Shown: piece by piece, positions 37,689-47,038 of the stretch | Layout of the letters: the number at the start of each line of letters is the position of its first letter | Position numbering within the stretch: the stretch's first letter is position 1 | Assembly (NCBI GenBank): GCA_040285745.1 | Contig: JAUFOR010000004.1 | Span: forward strand, 930,001 to 994,000 | Reading direction: 5' to 3' | Length of the DNA: 64,000 bases | Source of the DNA: Barthelona sp. PCE | Lineage: Eukaryota | Notes under the pieces: generated by a model | Told to the model about the DNA's origin: nothing | The model's input: only the letters and a program-made list of their open reading frames with translations | Databases searched by the model: none | Position numbers and translations under genes: made by a program

Positions 37689-38678
37689 ATGTTTTATAGA
37701 TATATCTTAACGGACAGTGAACAGCGCATTATCATAAATTTCTCAAATAATGTAATGAGCAAGTGTTTCAATACGGTTTCTTTTATAAGAGCTTTAAATA
37801 TGTTTCAGGTACTGAGAGGCAAGGGTAGCACGTGTTGTTCATTCGATTTCGAGGGATATGTTTGTTGTAATTTTGAAGTTGATGCATTATCTCACAGTTT
37901 CATCGTTTCACATGATTTTATGGGAGGAATATCAAAGGATTCTATGTTTTCCACCCTTTTGTTCTTCCACTACATGATAACAGGGTATTTTAAAATAGCT
38001 ATGAAGGAATCTGTTTTAGATTCAATTGAATTATATGCAGAGGACCGGTTAAATGCATCAAGAAACTTCACTTTTGAAGATTCTATGCGTGAATTACTTT
38101 ATTTAGAACCAACTATGTTTGATTTTTCAGATTTTGAGGATAATTTCTTGATTATTTGGGAAGATTTGTTAACTACTTTATTAACTTGTTATCCCAGCAT
38201 TAAACACATCTCATCTTCACTACATTTCTCTGAACACTTGTTTTTTGATCAGATGATTGAAAAGAAGCAAAAAATTGAGTTCTTATTTACTTTGAAAAGC
38301 TATTTAAGTGAAGAAGAACCAATTTTTTTCATTGAATCACTGATAAATGGGCAACAAATCATGGTTATAAAGTGGTCAAAAGATTTCTTCCTCTTGTTTT
38401 TATTTGAGAATTTAGATTCATCATTCACTTTGAAAAATTCGTTTAACACAGAAATTTATCCAAATTTTAGAATGAATATTCTTGTTCCAAACACAAAGGA
38501 GTTAAACATTCTTGTATCAATGTTCCACGAATGTCTGTTTGAGCAAATAGATCTGGAACAAACAATGTATTCAATTCAGCGGCGATTGATGACTGTTCAG
38601 CAAAACATTTCTAATGAATTGAATTTTGATCTGCCCTCAACTCCACAACCAAAAGTATTCGTACGCAAAGCAAAATAA
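37689..38678 (+). CDS. Hypothetical protein (329 aa)
   Basis: Long AT-rich ORF filling the gap between neighbours; no motif confidently recognised. Confidence 0.7.
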   Translation: MFYRYILTDSEQRIIINFSNNVMSKCFNTVSFIRALNMFQVLRGKGSTCCSFDFEGYVCCNFEVDALSHSFIVSHDFMGGISKDSMFSTLLFFHYMITGYFKIAMKESVLDSIELYAEDRLNASRNFTFEDSMRELLYLEPTMFDFSDFEDNFLIIWEDLLTTLLTCYPSIKHISSSLHFSEHLFFDQMIEKKQKIEFLFTLKSYLSEEEPIFFIESLINGQQIMVIKWSKDFFLLFLFENLDSSFTLKNSFNTEIYPNFRMNILVPNTKELNILVSMFHECLFEQIDLEQTMYSIQRRLMTVQQNISNELNFDLPSTPQPKVFVRKAK

Positions 38679-38699
38679 TGTTAATAAACTACATAAACT

Positions 38700-39956
38700 T
38701 TATTCATCCCAGGGGAAAGTATACTCAATCTCATAGCGTTCTCTGACTTGGTTAAGGACAGCCTGAAGGCCAGGGGGAACAAGTGTACCACCAGCTTCAC
38801 CACGCTCGAGCTTAGCAAGATACTCCTTCTCACCGTGGGTGAAAATACGAGTACAACCGGGTGCCTTTCTGGCAGCACGGAGCTCTCTGATGATCTGACC
38901 GGCCTTAGCACGACAGACATCAAGTCCATCGAACATCTCGGGGTTGACACAGAGGAAACAGTGACCTAATTCAATAGGCTGCGGGTTGCCTTCCTTATCG
39001 AAACCACGGAGTGTGCGCATGTGATTACCGTTTTGCAGGACTGTGCTCATGAACTCAGTCACCATAGCGAAACCGAAACCCTTATATCCACCGAGCAATT
39101 CACCAAAACCACCGACAGCGAGACAAGCAGCCTTACCTTGTTTAAGGTCCTTGAGGATACCCTTTGTATCTGTTCTGTACTCACCATCGAGGCCAATGAC
39201 AGCACCAGCGGGGGTCTTCTTATCAGAACGGCTGAACTTCTCGAGCATACCACGTTGATAGATAGCTGTGCCGTAATCGTTGATCCAGGGGAAGGGTTCG
39301 TCTGTTGGGACACAAAAGACGAGGGGGTTGGTACCAACCATTGGCTCAGTAGAGTGAGTAGGGGGGATTGAAGGACGAGCGTTGGTGTTGACCATACCAA
39401 TGAGACCAGCTTCAGTCATGCGACGGGCATAGTAACCACAGTTACCAAAGTGAGTAGAGTTACGTACAGCAACCATACCAAGACCATGTTCCTTGGCCAT
39501 TTCGATCGCCATATCACAAGCCTTCTTTGAGATAACGTGGCCCATACCATTGTGGCCATCAACAACAGCAGTGATTGCTGTCTGCTTAACAATATCAAAG
39601 TTGGTCTCGGGATTTTGGGTGCCATTGGCTATTCTGTCAAGATAAATGAGTTTCAAACGACCAGCACCATGTGAATCAATACCATGCTTGTCTGCATCAA
39701 TCAGAACCTCAGCACAGATCTTAGCATCTTCCTCAGGTACCTCAGCGGCGATGAATGCCTTGACCATAAACTCTTCAAGCTCATCAAAGCCAAAGAGAAC
39801 TGATCCCTCATCAACCATGATGGGGTGTCCATTGGGTTGGGGGTCGTAACCTAAATAGTTACGCTTAGGGGCTTTTTCAGCATCGAAGCCTTCATAAAAG
39901 ACGTAATCGTCTTTTTCTTCATTGGTGCGTTGCACCTTCGTTGGTGGTTCGGGCAT
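38700..39956 (-). CDS. Ldh_2 family malate/L-lactate dehydrogenase
   Basis: ADKHGIDSHG, VDGHNGMGH, VRNSTHFG, GTNPL, GGYKGFG; strong high-expression-type codon bias. Confidence 0.93.
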   Translation of the reverse strand: MPEPPTKVQRTNEEKDDYVFYEGFDAEKAPKRNYLGYDPQPNGHPIMVDEGSVLFGFDELEEFMVKAFIAAEVPEEDAKICAEVLIDADKHGIDSHGAGRLKLIYLDRIANGTQNPETNFDIVKQTAITAVVDGHNGMGHVISKKACDMAIEMAKEHGLGMVAVRNSTHFGNCGYYARRMTEAGLIGMVNTNARPSIPPTHSTEPMVGTNPLVFCVPTDEPFPWINDYGTAIYQRGMLEKFSRSDKKTPAGAVIGLDGEYRTDTKGILKDLKQGKAACLAVGGFGELLGGYKGFGFAMVTEFMSTVLQNGNHMRTLRGFDKEGNPQPIELGHCFLCVNPEMFDGLDVCRAKAGQIIRELRAARKAPGCTRIFTHGEKEYLAKLERGEAGGTLVPPGLQAVLNQVRERYEIEYTFPWDE

Positions 39957-40200
39957 ATTTCGTGTTAAAGATTAATAAAAAGGGAAAGGGGTGATGTTCA
40001 GATCTACAAGAAGAGTTTTGAAATTTGTGTTTGTTATGCTAATACCACTGATTTAATGTTGTTTATGTATATTTTACAGGATAAAACGCTCATTTATTGG
40101 GGTAAAGAGAAATTTAAAGTTCAAAAAATAAATATCTTCTCTGCTTTTTGCAGGCAGAGTTGATATTCATTATTCAAATAGTATATGAAACTAAACATCC

Positions 40201-40336
40201 AGATATTGTATCGTTTTCAAGCGGCAAACATCCATTTTGCCATGTATGGGTGTGATATCTATACTCAGTGTTCTTACACATTTAGGTTAATTATGTGCTA
40301 CCACAAACCTGTTCATGGTCCAGAACACCCACAGGC
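40201..40336 (+). ncRNA. Candidate box H/ACA-like two-hairpin RNA
   Basis: Hairpin 1: 12-bp lower stem 40201-12/40249-60, an internal pocket, and upper stem GGCAAA/UUUGCC. Hinge AUACUCA (imperfect H box). Hairpin 2: GUGUUCU/AGAACAC with upper UAGGUU/AACCUG. ACA at 40331-33. Confidence 0.45.
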
Positions 40337-40432
40337 CAATTGGCATATTCGAAAAAGTATAGAATCAGCTCTTAGAAATGAATCAAAATGAAATTCGTTT
40401 TATCACTCATTTCTAATTTTTGTACAAAAACA

Positions 40433-40717
40433 ATGGAACCAGAGGAAAGGAACGCAGTCATGGAAGGGCCTCAGAAAAGCCTATTAGAGGCAGTTGAAGA
40501 GGGGCAGTACGTGCTAGTTAATTGTCGCAACAACAGGCAGATTTATGGAATTCTGAGGTTCTTCGACAACCATTTTGACCTTATTATTGAGGAGGCACTG
40601 GAAATTTGGACATCAGAAGGACCAGGAGGTGTTTTGATGCCTAGACAGCGTAAGTTGGGTAATATGATGGTTCGTGGTGATTCTGTGATCTCAATTGTTC
40701 CCAATCCACCCTCTTAG
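40433..40717 (+). CDS. SmD2: Small nuclear ribonucleoprotein Sm D2
   Basis: GP..LL..V....VLVNCRNNR..FDNHF..EIWT..MVRGDSVI matches the SmD2 pattern. ATG at 40433 is preferred over 40388. Confidence 0.88.
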   Translation: MEPEERNAVMEGPQKSLLEAVEEGQYVLVNCRNNRQIYGILRFFDNHFDLIIEEALEIWTSEGPGGVLMPRQRKLGNMMVRGDSVISIVPNPPS

Positions 40718-40881
40718 ATGCAGGAATACATGTGTTTCAGTTTTAAGCATTGCATTTTTCTCCTTTGTAGGTGGTATAATGGTACTATCTTTATGTTGCA
40801 GCACTGGGAATTGATTGCAGCAGTCAAATTCAGTTGGATAAAGTAAATTTTTAGAGTGTATAACCATATATATATTTTATT

Positions 40882-41244
40882 ATGAAACATTCATTCGGAA
40901 TAGGGGAGTTTGACGCTATTCACTTGCACCATTATTATGTGAAATTCATGCGATTCGATGAAAAAGAGGGTAACTGGACTGAGACTCAGATAAATGGACC
41001 AATTTATGTTTATACCCATCGCGATAAACTTTATTTCAGGGTGCTAAGCCAGGATGTTGATGAAATCGTTACTGTCAACATAGGAAATATCGAATCATGC
41101 ATTCAGACGAGTGATAGTTTTATTGAGATTTTTGAGAGTAATTTAGGAAAGATTGGAGTATGGTTTGGTATGACAGAGGAAGAGGTTGATACCATCCATA
41201 CATTTATTAATGATATGATAAACTTAATTAATTCTTCGGATTAG
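40882..41244 (+). CDS. Dcp1-like EVH1-fold protein (mRNA decapping cofactor-like)
   Basis: YVKFMRFD...W....INGPIYVY..R and GVWF resemble the Dcp1 EVH1 pattern; 120 aa. Confidence 0.55.
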   Translation: MKHSFGIGEFDAIHLHHYYVKFMRFDEKEGNWTETQINGPIYVYTHRDKLYFRVLSQDVDEIVTVNIGNIESCIQTSDSFIEIFESNLGKIGVWFGMTEEEVDTIHTFINDMINLINSSD

Positions 41245-42149
41245 TAGTCAAGAAATGATCGTTTTGCACGTAAAGTTGAACTAAGATCCTGCATGGATTG
41301 CATAGTTTTCTTTAACATTGCAGGGGAGTTGATTCTTACCTTTTGAACAGGAGAAATTATTGTATTAGATAAGGTAGACGAATTTAAATCATCAATGGTT
41401 AATGTTTTATCAAATTTTTTTGTATGATTACTTGATTCTCTCAAAATTGAAAGAGGTTTTTGGATTGGAATAGATGAATAATCAGGTTGTTGATAATTAG
41501 TAAAACTTTCAAGATTTTCTTTTGCATTTTTCATAGCCTTAACAAAAGAATTTTCAATTCCCACCTTATAATTTGCAATATATTGTTCTTTTTCAACTTC
41601 TAAATCATTTAATCTTGCTTGAAATTCTTTTTGTAATGCAATTTCTTTAGATTTATACATTTCTTTCATTTCAAAGATATGATTATCCAGATCTTCCACT
41701 AATTCTTGATATCTATGCTTCAGCTGTTGTGTCACTTGGTTTGTCCTTTTTCTGAATGATAAAGGTGAAATGAATGAACTTGTTTTTAAAGTTTGCGAGT
41801 ATAAATCAATTTCTTCAATTGCTACTGATAATGAAAATGCTGGTTTATGATGGTGAGGTGAGGTTACAAATGATTTTGGACTCGATATCCTGCTGCGTAA
41901 ACGTGGTGGTGTTGAAATATCAACTGTTGAACGAGGTTCATTAAACTCAAGTGTTTTTCCTGTTCTCAAAGATATTTTAAGGGAATCTAGTCGCTCACTC
42001 AGGGTCTTTTTCAAAGTGGGGTACCTATTTGTTGAAAAAAATGATGAAGATGATACAGAAGATGGTGAATGCTGTTTGAATTGAAAAAACCCTTTAGGAT
42101 ACAATTTGGATTGTGAAAGGCGCCTTTGTGAAGCCTCTAGATGCGACAT
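41241..42149 (-). CDS. Hypothetical Ser-rich/coiled-coil protein
   Basis: 302-aa ORF with a central heptad-rich segment. Confidence 0.75.
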   Translation of the reverse strand: MSHLEASQRRLSQSKLYPKGFFQFKQHSPSSVSSSSFFSTNRYPTLKKTLSERLDSLKISLRTGKTLEFNEPRSTVDISTPPRLRSRISSPKSFVTSPHHHKPAFSLSVAIEEIDLYSQTLKTSSFISPLSFRKRTNQVTQQLKHRYQELVEDLDNHIFEMKEMYKSKEIALQKEFQARLNDLEVEKEQYIANYKVGIENSFVKAMKNAKENLESFTNYQQPDYSSIPIQKPLSILRESSNHTKKFDKTLTIDDLNSSTLSNTIISPVQKVRINSPAMLKKTMQSMQDLSSTLRAKRSFLDY

Positions 42150-42598
42150 ATGATGATAAAAAGGTATTACTTGAAGAAGAAAGGTGCAAAATGAAATACA
42201 ACCCCTGCGCTCTAGATGCTTGCAAAATAGTATTAGTTTGACTTTGCTTTTTGGTAAGTATCTGCTACAATGTATTCATGTACACAAGTGCAAATAAGTT
42301 TGATGATCCTAAATGCCATAATACGAAAAAGCACTGTATTAAAGAAATATAGTATTCATATAATTGGGAGATAGGGATAGAATGGCTCAAGGAGCGAAGT
42401 TTTTAAAGTTAAGTTGTTGAGAATTAAAGTTAAACAGTAGAAAATTCTTTTTCCTATTGTATTGACGTTCCATAACAATTTCTTTCTTTGTATAGCACTC
42501 AAACCACCCAACTAAGACAGTTACATACAGTTTAAATAAAATATCTTGAAGAAATGCTTCTTTTCTACTCTTAGCCCTTTTTCTTTACTAATCTAGGA

Positions 42599-42643
42599 GT
42601 ATGTTATTTTTTTTTACATTAAGTAGGTACAGCTAACCTTTAG
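42599..42643 (+). other. Spliceosomal intron (45 nt) in the 5' UTR of RPL18A
   Basis: GTATGT donor at 42599, GCTAAC branch point at 42632-37, TAG acceptor directly before the ATG. Confidence 0.75.
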
Positions 42644-43165
42644 ATGCGTGAATTCATCATCCACGGTCGCAAGAACCCCTCTGAACGTGATCCCCAACCC
42701 GTTGTCTTCAAGATGAACATTTTTGCTGAAAACGAAGTCGTTGCCAAGTCTCGTTTCTGGAGATACGTCACCAAGTTACGTAAGGTCAAGAAAACCGCTG
42801 GCCATCTTCTTTCTGTTGAGGAAATCCACGAGAAGAACAACTGCCAAGTTAAGAACTTCGCCATCTTCATCCGTTACAACTCTCGTACCGGTACCCATAA
42901 CATGCGTCGTGAGTTCCGTGCCATTTCTCGCTGTGATGCCATTGATCAGCTTTACAAGGAGATGAACGGTCGTCACCGTGTTAGAAGCAACGATGTCCAC
43001 GTTATCAACGTTGAGCGCATTGGTACAGCTGATATCAAGCGTACTCACATGAAGTTCTTCGCCAAGACTGGTGTCAAGTTCCCTCAGCTCACTTTCAAGA
43101 CTCGTTCCATGGATAAGCACTTCACTAAGACCTTCAGACCTGCTCGCCCTAACATCTTCTCTTAA
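42644..43165 (+). CDS. RPL18A: 60S ribosomal protein L18a (eL20)
   Basis: MNIFAENEVVAKSRFW, VKNFAIFIRYNSRTGTHNMRREFR; strong codon bias. Confidence 0.97.
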   Translation: MREFIIHGRKNPSERDPQPVVFKMNIFAENEVVAKSRFWRYVTKLRKVKKTAGHLLSVEEIHEKNNCQVKNFAIFIRYNSRTGTHNMRREFRAISRCDAIDQLYKEMNGRHRVRSNDVHVINVERIGTADIKRTHMKFFAKTGVKFPQLTFKTRSMDKHFTKTFRPARPNIFS

Positions 43166-43225
43166 GTAGTACTATGATTAGTAAAATTGGCTGTTAAACC
43201 TTTTTAATTCTTTTTCTAACATCAG

Positions 43226-43594
43226 ATGAGTTCAGAAGAAACAGATTATACATATTCAGATGAAGAAATAGTTGATAAAGCACCTTCAAAAGTTGGTGCA
43301 TTTATTATAAAGTCAACCTTAATACTTTGGTTACTTATAGGTGTTTATTCTATTGTAGTACCTGAAACTATCAATGCTTCAAATATTCAAATGCAGAATT
43401 TATTGCAAAATTTGCACATACACAACAACAATCCTAAAATTTCTATGAGGGTTATTAAAAAACAGTATAGGATGTTGCTTGCACGTTATCATCCCGATAA
43501 ATGCAAGGATGGAGTTGAAAAATGTCTTGAAAAGTATCATAAAATACAAAATTCGATGGAAATGATTAAAAGCATAAAATCCACAAATAATTAA
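43226..43594 (+). CDS. Small membrane-anchored J-domain protein
   Basis: N-terminal hydrophobic helix; IKKQYRMLLARYHPDK. Confidence 0.8.
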   Translation: MSSEETDYTYSDEEIVDKAPSKVGAFIIKSTLILWLLIGVYSIVVPETINASNIQMQNLLQNLHIHNNNPKISMRVIKKQYRMLLARYHPDKCKDGVEKCLEKYHKIQNSMEMIKSIKSTNN

Positions 43595-43600
43595 TAGCAA

Positions 43601-44257
43601 TTATTCAACATCTGAAAACAAAGTGTCTTCTTCATCTTCATACTCAGCATACTTTTCTTCATCAGTTTCAATACAATTTTTAACCAAATTATCTTCTTCC
43701 TCAGTTTCATAGTAAAGATCCTCTTCTTCATCTTCTTCTTTTTGATTACCTGACGTGAGAATAGGATTCATGTTAACCTCTTCCTCTTTACCTTCTTCTT
43801 CTTTTTTAGCAACAAATTTCGTAATACGATTCCGTACAATTTCTTGCCACCTTTCTTTTCCTTCTTTATAATCTCGTGCTGCAGCACTGCGCAAGGGATC
43901 ATCTGCGTTCGGGTAACGCATTAACCATGGAAGAAAATCATCCAGAATGTTTCGAATGGTAAATGAAGCTTGCCAGTTTGAGTTAATAACATCTAAACAG
44001 ATACTACCGCTCTCTGAAACATTAGGATGGTATGGAATGTGCTCGACAAAGCTCACACTTGGACTGGTTAAGGGGTAATTATCACTAAAACTAACTTCTA
44101 TGTGAAAGATTGCGTTTTCATAAGGTGTTTCATCTGGGCCTTGAAATTCGCATTTAACTTTCTTTGTGCTTTGCGTAAGGATGGTGAAACCACCCTTTTG
44201 AAGATCAAAAATATCCAAAAGGATACGACGAGCTTTAATTGAATTGGTACCTGACAT
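43601..44257 (-). CDS. Ubiquitin-conjugating enzyme E2 (UBE2H/Ubc8-like) with acidic tail
   Basis: GPDETPYE, YPLTSPS, HPNVSESGSICLDVIN, FLPWLMRYPNADDPL. Confidence 0.92.
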   Translation of the reverse strand: MSGTNSIKARRILLDIFDLQKGGFTILTQSTKKVKCEFQGPDETPYENAIFHIEVSFSDNYPLTSPSVSFVEHIPYHPNVSESGSICLDVINSNWQASFTIRNILDDFLPWLMRYPNADDPLRSAAARDYKEGKERWQEIVRNRITKFVAKKEEEGKEEEVNMNPILTSGNQKEEDEEEDLYYETEEEDNLVKNCIETDEEKYAEYEDEEDTLFSDVE

Positions 44258-44719
44258 TTTGTGATGTTGATAATGAAAAAAAATAAATAAATATGTGTTT
44301 TGGGCGGTATATCAGCGAGTTCAGTAACAATACGAACTAATATTACCTGTGAGAAAGGTGAGAAAAATTTTTTCAGCGTATAAATGTTGTGGATGTATTC
44401 TCAGTGTGCTAATGAGATATGTATGTACTTTGTTATTGTTTGAATTACGCAAATGGTATTGCAAAAAAAGTGAGCCTTTTTTGGTGACTTTGGATTCTAT
44501 CTATTTTAAGGAGAAGATTGGTCGATGATGCAATATTTGTAACGCAAAATGCCAAACTTGACCGTGAATATATGTTAAAAGGGCTTGACAGATTTGATGT
44601 GTTCATTTTTCATAAATGAAAAATGCTCTGAAAGAATTGTGCCAGAAAACAAATAGTAAACCACAAAACAGCTGGTAATGATCGCATAAGCTGTTTTTCA
44701 TTCTCATACCCTATTCTAA

Positions 44720-46825
44720 ATGAATGATCTTGTTGCAGGTCTGCAAGACTCCGATTCGGGCGTTGTAGACAAGTGTTTGTCGCAGTTGAGAGAGTTGATA
44801 ATGTACAGTGACAACAATATGGATACTATAACAAATCGGCAAACTCTCTTATCATTAAACATAACCGAACACATATGTCGTATCATCACAACCTTCCCGA
44901 GCATATCTATGCGTCGTTCAGCTGCTCTTATTCTAGCACTTCTTCAAATGTCCGACTTTGAGGGTCACATTCAAAGAGATATAAAGCGCTATCAATTACA
45001 CGCATCGCTCGTTAAAACGCTCCAGGATCTGTTTAAACAACACTTAGAAGATCTAAATGCTCGTACCGGGGTTGATGAAGATAAACTTGTAAGACAATTC
45101 AAGGACGAGGCTCAGGAGCTGATGTTTTTACTGCAACAGCTGATCATTGACAATGACAGCAAAACCAATCTAGTGGGATCTAATGTTTGTTTTGTATTGG
45201 GACAAATTGTGAATCATACTTTAGATGTAGAACTTACAAGACATGCTCTAAATGTAATGCACAAGCTCAGTTCTCTTTCCTCATTTAAGAATGAGTTGAC
45301 AATTATCCGTATTATACCATTTCTTATACAGACAGCAGTTGACACTTATGAATATTGTAATAGTGTTGAGTTAACGGAGACTATTGCTGCTGCACGAATC
45401 CCATCCAAGAAAAGATCCCTCATCGAGTTCTTTAAGACACTTGTATGGGGTTTAGAACGTTTGATGACAATTTCACCAAAGGAGTGTATTACACCGTTTC
45501 TTCCAAAACTTGTTAAATACGTTCTAACTGTACTAAACGATGACATGATGTTCCTCCCAATTGCAGCACATTTCCTGCGAGCGCTAACAGAGCTTAAATG
45601 TTTTGAGGATATCCTTATGTGTTATCCCTCTTATCTTTCATTTGTTCCCGATGATGACGTTTCATCAACGGAGGAGGAGGTCATGATCCTGGAAGCGGAC
45701 AGGTTCAACAAGCCCAGACCGTTAGTGTCGAATATGTTAATGCTTGAAGAGGATATGCCTTCTTTGGAACTTGGTCTTTTTTCCAATTTTGCCACTGCTC
45801 TTGTTAATTTGTTATCAAATTGTGATTGTAGCGACGTTGGAATGTGCGCAAGCCTCGATGATCTATTGGATATCGTAAATCGTTTGGCAAGCAACAGCAA
45901 TTTCTGTTCAGTTTTGGTTGAGAACACTCGAATAGCTACAGTTGTTTTTATCGGTATGACACGATTAGACATCCCCTTTGCTACGCGAAGAAACCTTGCA
46001 ACGTTGATTTCTAGTGGTGTATTTGGTGGTCAGGTTAAGGGTTTTGTTATTAAATATGTTATACCTTTGCTGTTCAGCAGACCAAAGGGAACTGACATGA
46101 ACGCCATAATCAACTCAGATAATACACACAGACTGTTATACAAGGCGTACAGTCATTGCGTAAGCGGCCAGTTCCATCTTTACGTCGACACAATGGACGG
46201 ATTCAATCCTGATATCGTAGAGAAGGAATTCAGTACTTTCCATCGAGCACTCTTTGTTGTAACAGATGAGAACAAAATGTATAGATACCTTCCTCCGTTG
46301 CAATGCGCAAATGCTCTTGCGGTAGGTCGTGCAGCACTTTTTCGTGTGATTGGTTCCGCAATGTCATGGTCTCACCTTTTTTCTAATGAGATTATCAACT
46401 CAGATTCATGGAAGGATCTTGTCCCAAATATTCCTTGCAAATTATTTCCCTTTTCCATTTTCGTTCCATTGTTAGACGATAATAATACATTATATTATGC
46501 GAGTTTAAATGGTATTTCATATCCTAGGTTAGCTGAAGATACTATCAGCATTGAGTTGAGAGATGCTGTGCGGATTTGTAGATATGGGTTTTATCGTTAT
46601 AAATACGAAGTTGATGGAGAAATTATGGAAATGAAGTTAAGATGTGCCGAATGGGATGAAATAAGCTTGTTGGGGTTATTTGTTAACATATTTAGTGGGT
46701 ATATTGATCGTGATTTTGAAGTTAATTTCTTTACTAGCAAAACTTTAGATGAAAAAGCAAAAATGAAACAAATAACTTTAGCAATGAATCAATTGGTTAA
46801 GGTCAAGCAGTACGAGTCTCTTTAG
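44720..46825 (+). CDS. Hypothetical protein with ARM/HEAT-like helical N-terminus
   Basis: 701-aa Leu-rich ORF with amphipathic helical repeat pattern. Confidence 0.7.
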   Translation: MNDLVAGLQDSDSGVVDKCLSQLRELIMYSDNNMDTITNRQTLLSLNITEHICRIITTFPSISMRRSAALILALLQMSDFEGHIQRDIKRYQLHASLVKTLQDLFKQHLEDLNARTGVDEDKLVRQFKDEAQELMFLLQQLIIDNDSKTNLVGSNVCFVLGQIVNHTLDVELTRHALNVMHKLSSLSSFKNELTIIRIIPFLIQTAVDTYEYCNSVELTETIAAARIPSKKRSLIEFFKTLVWGLERLMTISPKECITPFLPKLVKYVLTVLNDDMMFLPIAAHFLRALTELKCFEDILMCYPSYLSFVPDDDVSSTEEEVMILEADRFNKPRPLVSNMLMLEEDMPSLELGLFSNFATALVNLLSNCDCSDVGMCASLDDLLDIVNRLASNSNFCSVLVENTRIATVVFIGMTRLDIPFATRRNLATLISSGVFGGQVKGFVIKYVIPLLFSRPKGTDMNAIINSDNTHRLLYKAYSHCVSGQFHLYVDTMDGFNPDIVEKEFSTFHRALFVVTDENKMYRYLPPLQCANALAVGRAALFRVIGSAMSWSHLFSNEIINSDSWKDLVPNIPCKLFPFSIFVPLLDDNNTLYYASLNGISYPRLAEDTISIELRDAVRICRYGFYRYKYEVDGEIMEMKLRCAEWDEISLLGLFVNIFSGYIDRDFEVNFFTSKTLDEKAKMKQITLAMNQLVKVKQYESL

Positions 46826-46890
46826 TATTTAATAAACTTAATGAATAGTCATTTGACAGGTTTGTTTGTTGACAAACATTGCAAATTGTG

Positions 46891-46900
46891 AAAAAGCTCA
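46891..46900 (+). promoter_or_regulatory. Representative copy of recurrent intergenic motif AAAANGCTCA
   Basis: Copies at 13832-41 (-), 40083-92 (+), 44471-80 (-), 46891-900 (+) and 52255-64 (+). Near-matches at 44620 and 55263. All lie upstream of gene starts. Confidence 0.5.
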
Positions 46901-47038
46901 TTTTTTTGAACTGCTTTTTTGAAAACTCTTTCGGGAAAATGTGGTCACTATAGTATTAAAGTTTGTTATAAGTGAACAGTTTAGAAAACACTTGATTACC
47001 AACTATTGTTACTCGTATAACCTCTTTCAGAGATATCA

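Noticed and set aside
40185-40391. 68-aa ORF (also 48087-48281 and 15431-15625)
   Set aside because: Short, no protein-like features, and they overlap the structured spacer elements
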